Below, in pieces: positions 27,169 to 37,628 of a DNA stretch of 41,222 bases (position 1 is the stretch's first letter; each line of letters opens with the position of its first letter). The position numbers and the translations under genes are program-made. The DNA is from Spirochaetales bacterium (GTDB lineage: Bacteria; Spirochaetota; Spirochaetia; JABEVK01): NCBI GenBank assembly GCA_037142615.1, contig JBAXAI010000034.1, positions 1 through 41,222 of the forward strand, in the 5' to 3' direction. Below the pieces are notes generated by a model. The model did no database searches, had not been told where the DNA came from, and saw only the letters and a program-made list of their open reading frames with translations.

Positions 27169-29171
27169 GTCCACGGCGCACCAAGATCGGCGTCGTGTTG
27201 CTTGCTGTGGCCACGTTGTTGGCTTGGCCCGCGTTTTCGCAGGAACTCCCGGTGACGCGAGTGGTGTTATTCACCAGCGGCGTCGGGTTCTTCGAGCATC
27301 AGGGGCCGGTCACCGGAGCGGCGACGGTGGCGCTGACGTTTCAAGAAGCGCAGATCAACGATCTGCTCAAGTCGCTGGTCCTTCGCGACCCCAGCGGTTC
27401 GGTTGGCACCGTCACCTACCCCTCGCAAGACTCGACCGAGCGCGCCCTGCAGACCTTCCGGCTCAACCTCAGCGGTCCTGGGGGGCTGCCGTCGCTCTTG
27501 CCCCAACTCCGTGGCCTCGAGGTGGTGCTTTCTACCCCCACCGAGGTCGCCGGTACGCTGGTTGGGCTCGACGCGCGCCCCGCGGCAGGAGCCGAGCGCC
27601 CCGACACGCTGATCACGCTTTCCACCGTCACCGGTCTGCAGATGGTGCCGCTTTCGTCGGTGTCTTCGGTGCGACTTGTCGATCCCGCCCTCGGCCGCGA
27701 CCTCGCCCGGGCGCTGGGCCTCTTGGCCACGCGACAGGAGTCGAGCACCAAGACTCTGCAACTGCGCTTTCAAGGAACCGGGGCCCGCACCGTGAGCGCT
27801 GGTTACATCAGCGAGGCTCCGGTGTGGAAGACTTCCTACCGCCTTGACCTGACGGGGGCCAAGCCCTACCTGCAAGCTTGGGCTATTGTCGAGAACACCT
27901 CAGGGTCCGACTGGAACAACGTCCGCCTGTCGCTGGTTTCTGGCCGCCCGGTATCGTTCCTGCAAGACCTCTACACACCGCTTTACGTGGAGCGCCCGTG
28001 GTACACGCCCGAAATTGAAGCCGGCCCCGCACCTAAGGTGAACGTTGCCGGTTCGGCTTTGGCAAGCGCTCCGATGATGGCGCCCGCCCCGGCTCCACCG
28101 GCCCAGAAGTCAGCCGGCCGCTCGATGGATTCCTACGCCGAGGCTGACTACGCGCAGCCGGAACCGGTTCCCTTGCGCGATTCTGGGGTCAAGGCCGCCT
28201 CAAGCGGCGCCCAGGCCGGCGAACTGTTCCAGTTTACCCTTGGCGTGCCCTTCTCACTCCAGCGGCAGCAGAGCGCGCTCATTCCCTTGGCCGCCGGAGA
28301 CGTCGGCGCCGAAAAGGTGAGCCTCTACAACCCCCGCACCAACGCCCGGTTTGCCCAAAATGCCGTGTGGCTCACGAACTCCACCGGCGTTCGCTTGCCT
28401 GCGGGTCCGGTGACGGTGTTTGACGGCGGAGTCTACGCTGGCGATTCCTTGACCGACAGCCTGATCGAAAACGACAAGCGCCTTTGGACCTACGCCACCG
28501 ACCTCGCGTTGGCCGCCCAAACCAGCGACGGTACGAGCTCCGAGACGACCAAGATCTCGGTCGCGAAGGGAGTGCTGGTTGTTCGCATTTTGACCACGTG
28601 GAGCAAGAAGTACCATTTCGACAATAAGTCGGCTCAAGCCAAAACCGTGCTGGTCGAGCACGATTTCCGGTCGGAACGCACACTGGTGACGCCGGCCCAA
28701 CCGGCCGAAAAGACGGATTCGCTCTACCGCTTCCGGGTTGAGGCGCCAGCGGGCAAGGCCACCGACCTCGAGGTGAAGGAACAGCAGGTCACTTCCGAAA
28801 CTCAATCCATCCTCGGTTGGTCGCGTGACAGCTTCCTGTCGGTGGTTCAAAGGGGTGGTCCGACTTCGACCGCGCTCAAGGAGGCCCTGCAAAAGGCCGC
28901 AGACCTGCGGGGCAAACTGGACCAGCTGAACCTCGATGCTGGCGCGTTGGTCCAGCAGAAGAGCGACGAGGAATCCGGCCAAGGCCGACTGCGAAGCAAT
29001 CTGACGGCCGTGGGGCGCGACTCGGCCCAAGGGCAGGGCTACCTGAAAAAGCTGGCCGAAAGTGATGCCCACATCGACCAGCTTGCCACGCAACTCACCG
29101 ACAAGCGAACAGCGCAGGCCGCAGCCCAAAAAGACCTCGACACTTGGCTGCGCAACCTGACGGTGGACTGA
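27165..29171 (+). CDS. Secreted DUF4139 family protein
   Basis: Signal peptide, LPVTRVVLFTSGVGFFEH, NDLLKSL, WKTSYRL, WAIVENTSGSDW..VSGRP, C-terminal coiled coil; GTGA overlap. Confidence 0.8.
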   Translation: MSPRRTKIGVVLLAVATLLAWPAFSQELPVTRVVLFTSGVGFFEHQGPVTGAATVALTFQEAQINDLLKSLVLRDPSGSVGTVTYPSQDSTERALQTFRLNLSGPGGLPSLLPQLRGLEVVLSTPTEVAGTLVGLDARPAAGAERPDTLITLSTVTGLQMVPLSSVSSVRLVDPALGRDLARALGLLATRQESSTKTLQLRFQGTGARTVSAGYISEAPVWKTSYRLDLTGAKPYLQAWAIVENTSGSDWNNVRLSLVSGRPVSFLQDLYTPLYVERPWYTPEIEAGPAPKVNVAGSALASAPMMAPAPAPPAQKSAGRSMDSYAEADYAQPEPVPLRDSGVKAASSGAQAGELFQFTLGVPFSLQRQQSALIPLAAGDVGAEKVSLYNPRTNARFAQNAVWLTNSTGVRLPAGPVTVFDGGVYAGDSLTDSLIENDKRLWTYATDLALAAQTSDGTSSETTKISVAKGVLVVRILTTWSKKYHFDNKSAQAKTVLVEHDFRSERTLVTPAQPAEKTDSLYRFRVEAPAGKATDLEVKEQQVTSETQSILGWSRDSFLSVVQRGGPTSTALKEALQKAADLRGKLDQLNLDAGALVQQKSDEESGQGRLRSNLTAVGRDSAQGQGYLKKLAESDAHIDQLATQLTDKRTAQAAAQKDLDTWLRNLTVD

Positions 29172-29183
29172 GCGGGCTCCGGG

Positions 29184-29603
29184 CTACTTTTCGGGTTTGA
29201 GGGTCCACAACGCGGCAAGGATGGCGACATCGAGCGCCAAGTCCTGCAGCCAAGCCATCACCGTGGGCTTGAGCAGGCGGCCCGTGAGAAAGAACGTCCA
29301 CACGACGACGGCGATCCAAAGGGCGACAATGGCCCAGAAGGCGATCTTGCGGAGCATCAGCGTCAGGATGCCAAACGGACCAACGAGCAACACCGTACCG
29401 GCGAGAATCTTGAACACAGCGATCACCATCGTCACAATGTCGCTGGTTTGGTCGGCGCCAAAAAGCCGGAAAAGGGCCCTTGCGGCCTTGGCGGCATCGG
29501 TATTGAAGTCGATCAGCGTTTGAAGTCCCGCCAACAGCAGGAACAGGCCAAGGGCCAGCGAAAGCAGCGTTGCGGACGTGAAGACGGTTTTTTTGGAAGC
29601 CAT
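29184..29603 (-). CDS. Hypothetical 4-TM membrane protein
   Basis: Four hydrophobic segments; SD AAGGAG and TATACT upstream. Confidence 0.7.
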   Translation of the reverse strand: MASKKTVFTSATLLSLALGLFLLLAGLQTLIDFNTDAAKAARALFRLFGADQTSDIVTMVIAVFKILAGTVLLVGPFGILTLMLRKIAFWAIVALWIAVVVWTFFLTGRLLKPTVMAWLQDLALDVAILAALWTLKPEK

Positions 29604-29629
29604 GGGTTCTCCTTGGCCGGGAGTATAGC

Positions 29630-30154
29630 ATGAGTTATTGCACGTTTTGCGCCTCAGAACCGGCGGGTTCCGTCCACAAACTCTACCACGACACCCAGTA
29701 CGGTTTTCCGCTGGCCTCGGATGACGAGCTTTTCGGCCGTTTGCTGCTCGAGATCAATCAGGCCGGCCTGAGTTGGACAACCATCCTCAACAAGCAGCAC
29801 AATTTCCGGCGGGCCTACAGCGGCTTTTCGGTGGCCACTATTGCCGCCTACACGGAGGCCGACCGGGCGCGCCTGCTCGGCGACGCTGGAATCATTCGCA
29901 ATCGGCTGAAGGTGAACGCGGCCGTCGTTAATGCCGCGACCGTCTTGCGGTTGCAGAGCGAACACGGTTCGTTCCTGCGGTGGCTCGAGCGGCAACAGTC
30001 CCAAGGGTTGGATCGGGAGGCTTGGACCAAGCTGTTCAAGAAGACCTTCGTTTTCACGGGGGGCGAGATCGTCAATGAGTTTCTGGTCAGCTGTGGTTTT
30101 TTGCCCGGCGCTCACGACGAGGACTGCCCGGTACGAGCGACAATTCGTCCTTGA
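29630..30154 (+). CDS. tag: DNA-3-methyladenine glycosylase I
   Basis: [36 protein letters not shown]...C. Confidence 0.92.
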   Translation: MSYCTFCASEPAGSVHKLYHDTQYGFPLASDDELFGRLLLEINQAGLSWTTILNKQHNFRRAYSGFSVATIAAYTEADRARLLGDAGIIRNRLKVNAAVVNAATVLRLQSEHGSFLRWLERQQSQGLDREAWTKLFKKTFVFTGGEIVNEFLVSCGFLPGAHDEDCPVRATIRP

Positions 30155-31784
30155 GTCCTTGCAGCGAAAAGGGCTTGGCGAGGTAGCTGTCCATACCCGC
30201 AGCCAAACAGTCGACGCGGTCCGACGCCAGCGTGTGAGCCGTCAGAGCCGTTACCCACACGCGTTGGTGGTCGGGTGGACAATCGGGCGAAGCTTCCCGT
30301 CTTCTGAGCCGTCTGGTCGTCTCCAGGCCGTCCATGTCGGGCATCGAGATGTCCATGAGGATCAGGTCAAACGCCTTGGCAAAAGCCATCTCGAGGGCCA
30401 GCACCCCGCTCGAGACGACTTCGATGTGGTGGCCCAGCGTCTGGACCATCTTGGTGACCACCAGTTGATTCAAGTGGCTGTCTTCGACCAGAAGGATGCG
30501 AAGGCCCAGTTCCGGGGGCGGTGCCGCCTCGGGTTCGGCGTTCAGATACGGCAGAGTCACCCGGAACGTGCTTCCCACGCCCACCGCGCTGTCGAGGGTG
30601 ATGTCGCCACCCATCAACCTTACCAGCGACCGTGCAATCACGAGGCCGAGGCCAGTACCGCCGTGTTGGCGGGTGCTCGTGCCGTCGACCTGCGAAAACG
30701 ACTTGAACAGCCTTCCCTGGGCGTCCTTGGCGATGCCGATTCCGCTGTCGATCACCTCGACAACCAAGTTTGGCGGCGAACTGGACTGGTCGCAGCGAGC
30801 TCGAACGGTCACCTTGCCTTCAGGGGTGAACTTGATCGCGTTGGACAGCAGATTGACAAGCACCTGACGAAGGCGGCCCTCGTCACCCACAAGATGTCCG
30901 TCCAGCCCCGGGCCAAGGTCCACTTCAACGGGCAAGTTCTTCGCGGTTGCTGCCCGGGCCGTGTTGGCCAGCGCGTTCTGCAGGCAAGCCGCGAGGTTGA
31001 ACGGCTGAGCCTCAATGGTCACCTGTCTGGCCTCCAGGCGGGCCAGATCGAGAATGTTGGTAATGATCTCTAGAAGGGCCTCGCCCCCTTGGCTGATCGT
31101 GTCGGCAAACTCCTTCTGGGTTTCGTCGAGTTGAGAGAGCCCCAACAGGTGCGAAAAGCCGATGATGGCGTTCAGAGGGGTTCGCAGCTCGTGGCTCATG
31201 ATCGCCAGGAACTCGCTTTTTGCCCGGTTCGAGGCTTCGGCTTCTTCTTTCGCCTGACGCAGCTCCAGCAGGGTGCGGGCGTTGTCGATCACCAGGGCAC
31301 AGTAGTTGGCAAACAGGGCCATCAGTTCCACGTCGGCCTCGGTAAAGTCCCGCTGTTCGGGCAGATTGATGGCTGTCATGGTGCCGAGCAGTTGCTCCCG
31401 GTGGCGAAGGGGTACCACCAAAATGCCGCCGCAGTGAGTCTGCTTCCTCCTGGTCTGAACGGCCTCGGTTTCTCGGGGGTCGGGAGTGCCTTGGGGTGAC
31501 AGCGCGGCCAAACCGTTTTCGAGCACCCAGCCGCTGAGGCCCTGCTCCAGCTCGTCAAACGTCACCGAGGTCACGACCCGGCCTTGTCCGGGGCCCCCGA
31601 CGATGAATTTCCCCACTTCTCGCTTCGCCCGCTCAAAAGTGATGGTGGAAACCCGATCGGCATCCAACAACAGAGCCACCCGGTCGGTGGCGGCCTGCAG
31701 CACCTCGGTGATGGTACGGGCCGACCAAACGGTATCGGCTAGCTCGTGCAGGGCCTGTATTTCCTGAAGTATGCGTCGGTCCAT
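30087..31784 (-). CDS. Cytoplasmic GAF hybrid histidine kinase with REC domain
   Basis: GAF ([18 protein letters not shown]), [35 protein letters not shown]. Confidence 0.93.
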   Translation of the reverse strand: MDRRILQEIQALHELADTVWSARTITEVLQAATDRVALLLDADRVSTITFERAKREVGKFIVGGPGQGRVVTSVTFDELEQGLSGWVLENGLAALSPQGTPDPRETEAVQTRRKQTHCGGILVVPLRHREQLLGTMTAINLPEQRDFTEADVELMALFANYCALVIDNARTLLELRQAKEEAEASNRAKSEFLAIMSHELRTPLNAIIGFSHLLGLSQLDETQKEFADTISQGGEALLEIITNILDLARLEARQVTIEAQPFNLAACLQNALANTARAATAKNLPVEVDLGPGLDGHLVGDEGRLRQVLVNLLSNAIKFTPEGKVTVRARCDQSSSPPNLVVEVIDSGIGIAKDAQGRLFKSFSQVDGTSTRQHGGTGLGLVIARSLVRLMGGDITLDSAVGVGSTFRVTLPYLNAEPEAAPPPELGLRILLVEDSHLNQLVVTKMVQTLGHHIEVVSSGVLALEMAFAKAFDLILMDISMPDMDGLETTRRLRRREASPDCPPDHQRVWVTALTAHTLASDRVDCLAAGMDSYLAKPFSLQGLKDELSLVPGSPRRERRAKNHS

Positions 31785-31825
31785 CGGTGAATTCTGAGGG
31801 CAATCCCCCTGGCCGTCAAGGAAAC

Positions 31826-31857
31826 AAAAAGGCCGACCCAGCGAACTGGATCGGCCT
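31826..31857 (-). terminator. Rho-independent terminator
   Basis: AGGCCGATCCAG-TTCG-CTGGGTCGGCCT then a T run on the minus strand. Confidence 0.8.
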
Positions 31858-31892
31858 CAGGAGCAAGCTACCGGGCAAGCCCGGCGCGAGAC

Positions 31893-32624
31893 TTACTTCT
31901 TGTAGTTGAAGTCACCCTTGATGGTGAGCACGTCGCCAACCAAGGTCAGCTGAGCCACACCCTGGAACGCGGTGACCGAAGGAGCCACGTCGACGAACAC
32001 GTCGGCTACCTTGTTGGGAGCGCCTTCCTTGATGACCTTGCCGCTGGCGACAGAGCCGTCAAACACCTTGAGGAAACTCAGGGTGTCGGCTCCGGCCGAG
32101 GAGGCAAAATCAGTCGAAAGCACCTGCACGGCACCATCGCCGGCGGGCATGAAGCCAATGGCGCGCTTCCACTGGGTCTGGCTGTTCATGTCGAGCTTGC
32201 CGGTCTTGTCGGTGATGATCTTGTAGGCCGTTCCGCGGTGAGCGTAGTAGATGGTGATGACGCCATCAGCGGCTTTCTTCACCTGGAGGTTGTCGGCCTT
32301 GTACTGGGCCAAGTTCGAAACCGCATACTTGACCAGGCTCTGGAAACCGGCGGGCCACTGGGCGGCCTTCTTGTCGGTGGTGTCGGGGCGGTACAGGTTC
32401 CAAACTTCGGTTCCCTTCTTGAGCGAAGCGCCACCAACGACATCGACGAGCTTGGGATCGACCGAGTCATTCGCGACGCTGCCGAGCGCGCCAGTGACAG
32501 TCAGCACGCTCTTGACGGCGTCCTTACCAGTGATGTTAAAGCTAGCGCTGACAGTAACGTCGGCGGCGAAGGCTCCGGAAGCAACCAGAGCCACAAGAGA
32601 AAGTGCGGTCAGAATCCTCTTCAT
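31893..32624 (-). CDS. Secreted hypothetical protein, probably highly expressed
   Basis: Signal peptide MKRILTALSLVALVASGAFA; SD AGGAGG; own promoter and terminator. Confidence 0.8.
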   Translation of the reverse strand: MKRILTALSLVALVASGAFAADVTVSASFNITGKDAVKSVLTVTGALGSVANDSVDPKLVDVVGGASLKKGTEVWNLYRPDTTDKKAAQWPAGFQSLVKYAVSNLAQYKADNLQVKKAADGVITIYYAHRGTAYKIITDKTGKLDMNSQTQWKRAIGFMPAGDGAVQVLSTDFASSAGADTLSFLKVFDGSVASGKVIKEGAPNKVADVFVDVAPSVTAFQGVAQLTLVGDVLTIKGDFNYKK

Positions 32625-32655
32625 GGGGATCCTCCTATTTATTGTGTCTTGAGGC

Positions 32656-32684
32656 ACTTTATTCCAATAAACAGTGCGTGTCAA
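32656..32684 (-). promoter_or_regulatory. sigma70 promoter
   Basis: TTGACA-N17-TAAAGT. Confidence 0.7.
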
Positions 32685-32685
32685 T

Positions 32686-32714
32686 AAAAAAGGAGGCTTG
32701 CGGCCTCCTTTTTT
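32686..32714. terminator. Bidirectional-type terminator
   Basis: AAAAAAGGAGGC-TTGCG-GCCTCCTTTTTT. Confidence 0.85.
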
Positions 32715-32749
32715 GTTAATGATTGCTAACTTCACCCGAAACGGCGTTT

Positions 32750-33535
32750 CTACATGGTCTTCCAGAACTTGAAGTTCGTCTCTTCGATGACCTTGAGCTC
32801 GGGCATAGGAAAGAACTTGGTCCCCTTCTGGCTGGCGAACATGAAGCCGTGCCGGATGTTGCGGAAGCTCACCTTGCCCAGACTGCTGGCCGGCGACAGG
32901 CCCTTGGTGTGCTTGTCGGGCGTTCCCTTCAACTCCAGCAGCGACTTGCTGAGAACGCCGGGGTGGAGGTCGGGGATGGGCGAGGGCAGCAGAGGGTTCT
33001 TTTCGATTTCCTTCAGGAACTCGTCGACCTCGAGCTCGATCTGCGTGTAGAACATCGACGGCGCGCCCACCCGGGTCTTTGGGTCGGTGATGAACTTGCC
33101 GAAGTCGGGGAAGTTGTAGTCGGACAGCAGCATCATCGAGATTGGCGAAATCTCGGCGTAAACGCGGATGAGGCCCGGTTGATGCTGCTTGTCGTAGGCT
33201 CCCTCGGTCAGTTCGAGCGTGTAGCCTTCGGGCGTCGAGATGTACAGCTTCTGCAGAGCGCTGAACTCAAGGTGCTCAAGCACGCGGTAGGTCGAGATGT
33301 ACTTCGTCGACTTGGGGCGGCCGTCCTCGTGGTGCTTCAGGTCGGCCAGGCAAGCGTCGATGTCGAAATACGGGTTGCGGTAGTTCAGGTCAACCTCAGC
33401 GAAGATCAGCTTGCCGGCAAAGAACTTGCTCGACCCCGAGATGAAGTGGCGGGCGAAGTCTGTTGGTCCCAACTGGGAGGCAACCAGGGCCGCGCTCGGA
33501 TACAGAATCGCGTATTGATGGCTGGTAAATTCCAT
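32750..33535 (-). CDS. Conserved hypothetical protein downstream of hppA
   Basis: 261-aa ORF, strong codon bias, SD AAGGA, 10 nt after hppA stop. Confidence 0.8.
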   Translation of the reverse strand: MEFTSHQYAILYPSAALVASQLGPTDFARHFISGSSKFFAGKLIFAEVDLNYRNPYFDIDACLADLKHHEDGRPKSTKYISTYRVLEHLEFSALQKLYISTPEGYTLELTEGAYDKQHQPGLIRVYAEISPISMMLLSDYNFPDFGKFITDPKTRVGAPSMFYTQIELEVDEFLKEIEKNPLLPSPIPDLHPGVLSKSLLELKGTPDKHTKGLSPASSLGKVSFRNIRHGFMFASQKGTKFFPMPELKVIEETNFKFWKTM

Positions 33536-33545
33536 GGCGTTTCCT

Positions 33546-35615
33546 TTAATGAATGGACAGGACGAGCGGCACGATGAGCAGCGCCACGATGTTGATGATT
33601 TTGATCAGCGGGTTGACGGCGGGGCCGGCGGTGTCTTTGTAGGGGTCGCCGACCGTATCGCCGGTTACCGAGGCCTTGTGGGCATCGGAGCCCTTGCCGC
33701 CGTGGTTGCCGTCTTCAATGTACTTTTTGGCGTTGTCCCATGCACCGCCGCCGTTGGTCATGCTGATGGCGACAAACAGGCCCGTGACAATCGTACCAAC
33801 CAGCATGCCGCCCAAGGCCACGGGGCCGAGCAACAAGCCGACCAGAATCGGGATGCCGACCGGCAACAGCGAGGGCAGGAGCATTTCTTTGATGGCAGCC
33901 ACGGTAAGCATGTCGACCGCGCGGGAGTAGTCCGGCTTGGCCGTGCCTTCCATGATGCCTTTGATGGTCTGGAACTGGCGGCGTACTTCGATGACGACCG
34001 CGCTGGCGGCGCGGCCGACGGCTTCCATGGCCATGGCACCGAACAGGTAGGGGATCATGCCGCCGATGAACAGCCCGATGATCACCATGTGGTTCGACAG
34101 GTCAAAGGTGAAGGTGCGCCCGGTTGCCGAAAGCGCGTGGGTGTAGTCGGCAAACAGAACCAGGGCAGCCAGCCCGGCAGAACCAATCGCGTAGCCCTTG
34201 GTGACGGCCTTGGTGGTGTTGCCCACGGCGTCGAGCGGGTCGGTGATGTTTCGCACTTCTTCGGGGAGCTCGGCCATTTCGGCGATGCCACCCGCGTTGT
34301 CGGTGATGGGCCCGAACGCGTCGAGAGCCACGATGATACCGGCCATCGACAACATCGCCGTGGCGGCAATCGCGATGCCGTACAAGCCGGCGAGCGAGAA
34401 GGCGGCAAAAATCGCCAAACAGACGGCGACCACGGGAAGCGCGGTGGCTTTCATCGAAACGCCGAGGCCGGCGATGATGTTGGTCGCGTGGCCGGTGACC
34501 GAACTCGCGGCTATGTGGCGCACAGGAAAGTATTCGGTGGCGGTGTAGTACTCGGTGATGACGACCATCAGACCCGTCAGCACGATGCCGACCACGCAGG
34601 CCGAAAACAGACGCCACTGGGCCCCATCGGCAAAACCTGAACCGGAGAGCAGGGTGTCAGGTACCAGACCCGAAAACCAAGTGATGGCGGCGAAGGCGGC
34701 AACCGAAAGGACGGCGGCGACGGCGAGTCCTTTGTACAGGGCGGTCATGATCTTGCCCTTGCCGCCGTACTGCACAAAGTACACCCCGATCACCGAGGCG
34801 ATGATTGAGGCGCCGCCGAGGGCCAGCGGGTACAACACGCCCGAGTCGGTACCGGTGATCACCAGCGCGCCGAGCACCATGGTGGCGATCAGCGTCACCG
34901 CGTAGGTTTCGAACAAGTCGGCGGCCATGCCGGCGCAGTCACCGACGTTGTCGCCCACGTTATCGGCGATCACTGCTGGGTTTCGTGGGTCGTCTTCGGG
35001 AATACCGGCTTCGACTTTGCCCACGAGGTCAGCACCGACGTCGGCGCCTTTGGTGAAGATCCCCCCGCCCAAACGCGCGAAGATCGAAATCAGCGAGGCG
35101 CCGAAGGCCAACCCAACCAACGGCTGCACGACGGCTTCGAGCTGGGCGCCGGGCAAAAAGGCCTGCAACACCCAGTAGTACCCCGCGACGCCGAGCAGGC
35201 CCAAGCCGACAACCAGCATCCCCGTGATGGCTCCGCCCCGAAAGGCGACATTCAGCGCGGCATTGATGCCCGAACGCGCGGCTTCGGCAGTGCGCACGTT
35301 GGCCCGGACCGACACATTCATCCCGATGAAGCCGGCTGCCCCCGAGAGCAAAGCTCCCAGAAGAAAACCGAACGCCGTAAGCCAACCGAGGCTCGGAATC
35401 AGGCCAAGGATCACGAACAACACAACGCCCACGATGGCGATGGTCCGGTACTGGCGGTTGAGGTAGGCGGCCGCACCCTGCTGTATCGCCTCGGCGATTT
35501 CCTGCATGCGGTCGTTCCCCGCTGGCCTGGAAAGGATCCAACGGATCGACAATGCGCCAAACAAGACCGCGACAACGCCGGCGGCCAGCGCAAAAATAAG
35601 GACATTAGCTGACAT
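33546..35615 (-). CDS. hppA: Membrane H+-translocating pyrophosphatase, K+-independent type
   Basis: [50 protein letters not shown] (Lys variant), [10 protein letters not shown]. Confidence 0.96.
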   Translation of the reverse strand: MSANVLIFALAAGVVAVLFGALSIRWILSRPAGNDRMQEIAEAIQQGAAAYLNRQYRTIAIVGVVLFVILGLIPSLGWLTAFGFLLGALLSGAAGFIGMNVSVRANVRTAEAARSGINAALNVAFRGGAITGMLVVGLGLLGVAGYYWVLQAFLPGAQLEAVVQPLVGLAFGASLISIFARLGGGIFTKGADVGADLVGKVEAGIPEDDPRNPAVIADNVGDNVGDCAGMAADLFETYAVTLIATMVLGALVITGTDSGVLYPLALGGASIIASVIGVYFVQYGGKGKIMTALYKGLAVAAVLSVAAFAAITWFSGLVPDTLLSGSGFADGAQWRLFSACVVGIVLTGLMVVITEYYTATEYFPVRHIAASSVTGHATNIIAGLGVSMKATALPVVAVCLAIFAAFSLAGLYGIAIAATAMLSMAGIIVALDAFGPITDNAGGIAEMAELPEEVRNITDPLDAVGNTTKAVTKGYAIGSAGLAALVLFADYTHALSATGRTFTFDLSNHMVIIGLFIGGMIPYLFGAMAMEAVGRAASAVVIEVRRQFQTIKGIMEGTAKPDYSRAVDMLTVAAIKEMLLPSLLPVGIPILVGLLLGPVALGGMLVGTIVTGLFVAISMTNGGGAWDNAKKYIEDGNHGGKGSDAHKASVTGDTVGDPYKDTAGPAVNPLIKIINIVALLIVPLVLSIH

Positions 35616-35676
35616 GAGCTCCTCCTGAGTAGAAGAACTCTAAGCCCTTATGCCTGATACGTCCAGTCGGTATGGA

Positions 35677-36159
35677 TCAGGACTCCGCGAGGGGTTCTTT
35701 GTCGTACTTTTTGGACGCAAACAGGAAGCCGAAGGCCTTTCCAGCACCCTGGTCGGTCGAACTGTGGTGAATGCGGTGGGCCTTGATGATGCGTTTCATG
35801 TACCCCCACTTCGGCGGGTTGAGTTTGAAGATCTTTTTGAGCCGTTTGTGGAACAGCACGTCGTGAAAAACCATGTAGCCGATGCCGTACAGCGTCATGC
35901 CGATGCCAAACGACATGAGGGGCCAGATGTGAAAATACGCGGCCGGCATAATGGTGCCCATCGAAATCAGGGCAAAGAAGACCGCAAACCAATCGTTCTT
36001 TTCGAACTTCCCGGCGTGAGGCCGGTGGTGGTCTTCGTGCAGGATCCACAGGAACCCGTGCATCACGTACTTGTGGGTGAACCACGCGACAAACTCCATG
36101 CCCAACGCCATGCCCACCACGATGCCGATGTTCAAAACCCATTCCCAAACAGGATCCAT
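35677..36159 (-). CDS. crtZ: Beta-carotene hydroxylase (non-heme di-iron)
   Basis: MEFVAWFTHKYVMHG, HEDHH, FEKND, HDVLFHKR, AHRIHH, FGFL; SD AGGAGG. Confidence 0.88.
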   Translation of the reverse strand: MDPVWEWVLNIGIVVGMALGMEFVAWFTHKYVMHGFLWILHEDHHRPHAGKFEKNDWFAVFFALISMGTIMPAAYFHIWPLMSFGIGMTLYGIGYMVFHDVLFHKRLKKIFKLNPPKWGYMKRIIKAHRIHHSSTDQGAGKAFGFLFASKKYDKEPLAES

Positions 36160-36220
36160 AATGCCCTCCTGACGGAAGTATATACCAAGCTGACCGGTTC
36201 TGTTATATATTGGCGTTACC

Positions 36221-36778
36221 ATGACAATCACCAAAGAGAAGTACGTCACCATCGCCTACAGCTTTTCGACCCCCGACGGGTTTTTGCTGGGCACCTCCGA
36301 CCGCCAGGGTCCTTTGACCTTCTGCGCCGGTTCGGGCGACATCATTTCGGGCCTCGACTCGAACCTGATCGGTGTTGCCGAAGGCGAGAACAAGAAGTTC
36401 GTCGTTTCGGCCGCCGAAGCCTACGGTGTGCGCGATGAAAGCCTCGTTGCCGAACTCTCGGCCACCGACCTCGGCCTCGACATCGAACCCAAGGTTGGCT
36501 ACCGCATCGAGGCTCAGATTGGCGGTCGTTGGCGCTCTGCTCTGATTTCCGAAGTGGCCAACGGCAAAGTGACCGTCGATGCCAACCATCCTCTGGCCGG
36601 TGTCGACCTGCATTTCGACTGCACGGTGCTTGGCATTTCCGACGAGGCTCCTGTTCAGGAATCCTGCGGTTGCGGAGGCGGTGGTTGCGGTGGAAGTTGT
36701 GGTAGCAGCGCCGAAGGCTCCACCGACGAGCAAGCCTCGGGTTGCGGTGGTTGCGGCGGTTCTTGCGACTGCAAGTAG
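36221..36778 (+). CDS. slyD: FKBP-type peptidyl-prolyl isomerase, SlyD-like
   Basis: G.GDIISGLD, AEAYG.RD, VTVDANHPLAG..LHF; Cys/Gly-rich tail. Confidence 0.88.
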   Translation: MTITKEKYVTIAYSFSTPDGFLLGTSDRQGPLTFCAGSGDIISGLDSNLIGVAEGENKKFVVSAAEAYGVRDESLVAELSATDLGLDIEPKVGYRIEAQIGGRWRSALISEVANGKVTVDANHPLAGVDLHFDCTVLGISDEAPVQESCGCGGGGCGGSCGSSAEGSTDEQASGCGGCGGSCDCK

Positions 36779-36809
36779 ACCCTGCTCTGGCCACGGCTCC
36801 CGTAACGCG

Positions 36810-37547
36810 ATGATCAAGTTCACCCTCATCCTGCTGTCGATCCTTTCTCTGCTCCTTTCGTGCTCCGCAGGGCCCAAAAAGGTCTCGGTCGCGTCCAACG
36901 CGGCGTTTCCTCCTATGGAGTACATCGACGACAATCAGGCCCTCGTTGGCTTCGACATCGACCTGATGAAGGCCGTTGCCAAGGCTGCGGGCTTCGAAGT
37001 CAGCTTCCAGTCCGTTGGCTGGGGCGAAATCTTCGGCGGACTGCAGAACGGCGACTACGACGCGATCGTCTCGTCCGTCACCATCACCGACGTTCGCAAG
37101 ACCACCTACGACTTTTCGAATCCCTACATCAACGCCGGCCAAATCACCGTCGTCCCTCTGGAGAGCACCGCCAAACAGCTGGTCGACCTCAAGGGTCGGC
37201 CCGTGGGCGTGCTGAAGGGCACCACGGGCAGCGATATCGTCGAAAAGACTCTCAGCAGTCCCGAAAATCTCAAGGCCTACGACGAGATCAGCCTTGCTTT
37301 CGAGGACCTGTTCAATCGTCGCCTGGCGGGGGTGGTCATCGACACACCGGTCGCAGCGCAGTACGTCTTGCGCAACCAAAGGTACAAGGCGGCGTTCCAG
37401 ATGATCGGCGATCCACTCACCGACGAAAGCTACGGCGTCGTCGTCAAGAAGGGCAACAAAGCCCTTCTTGCGCTGATCAACGAGGGCCTCGACAGGATCA
37501 AGGTTGATGGCACCTACGACAAGATCAAAGCCCAATGGCTCCGCTAG
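36810..37547 (+). CDS. Polar amino-acid ABC transporter substrate-binding lipoprotein
   Basis: Lipobox LLS-C; FPPMEY, GFDIDL, SSVTIT..R, FSNPY. Confidence 0.92.
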   Translation: MIKFTLILLSILSLLLSCSAGPKKVSVASNAAFPPMEYIDDNQALVGFDIDLMKAVAKAAGFEVSFQSVGWGEIFGGLQNGDYDAIVSSVTITDVRKTTYDFSNPYINAGQITVVPLESTAKQLVDLKGRPVGVLKGTTGSDIVEKTLSSPENLKAYDEISLAFEDLFNRRLAGVVIDTPVAAQYVLRNQRYKAAFQMIGDPLTDESYGVVVKKGNKALLALINEGLDRIKVDGTYDKIKAQWLR

Positions 37548-37628
37548 CGCCGCCGGGTCCGCCCTCGCATTGACAGGGAACTTCGGTCTAGTGTTTACTT
37601 TCGGAATATCCTACACAAAGGAAGGAAA

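Noticed and set aside
30087-30154. 68-nt convergent overlap of tag and the kinase (and 23-nt overlap at 21206-21228)
   Set aside because: Ordinary tail overlaps in GC-rich genomes; no sign of additional function
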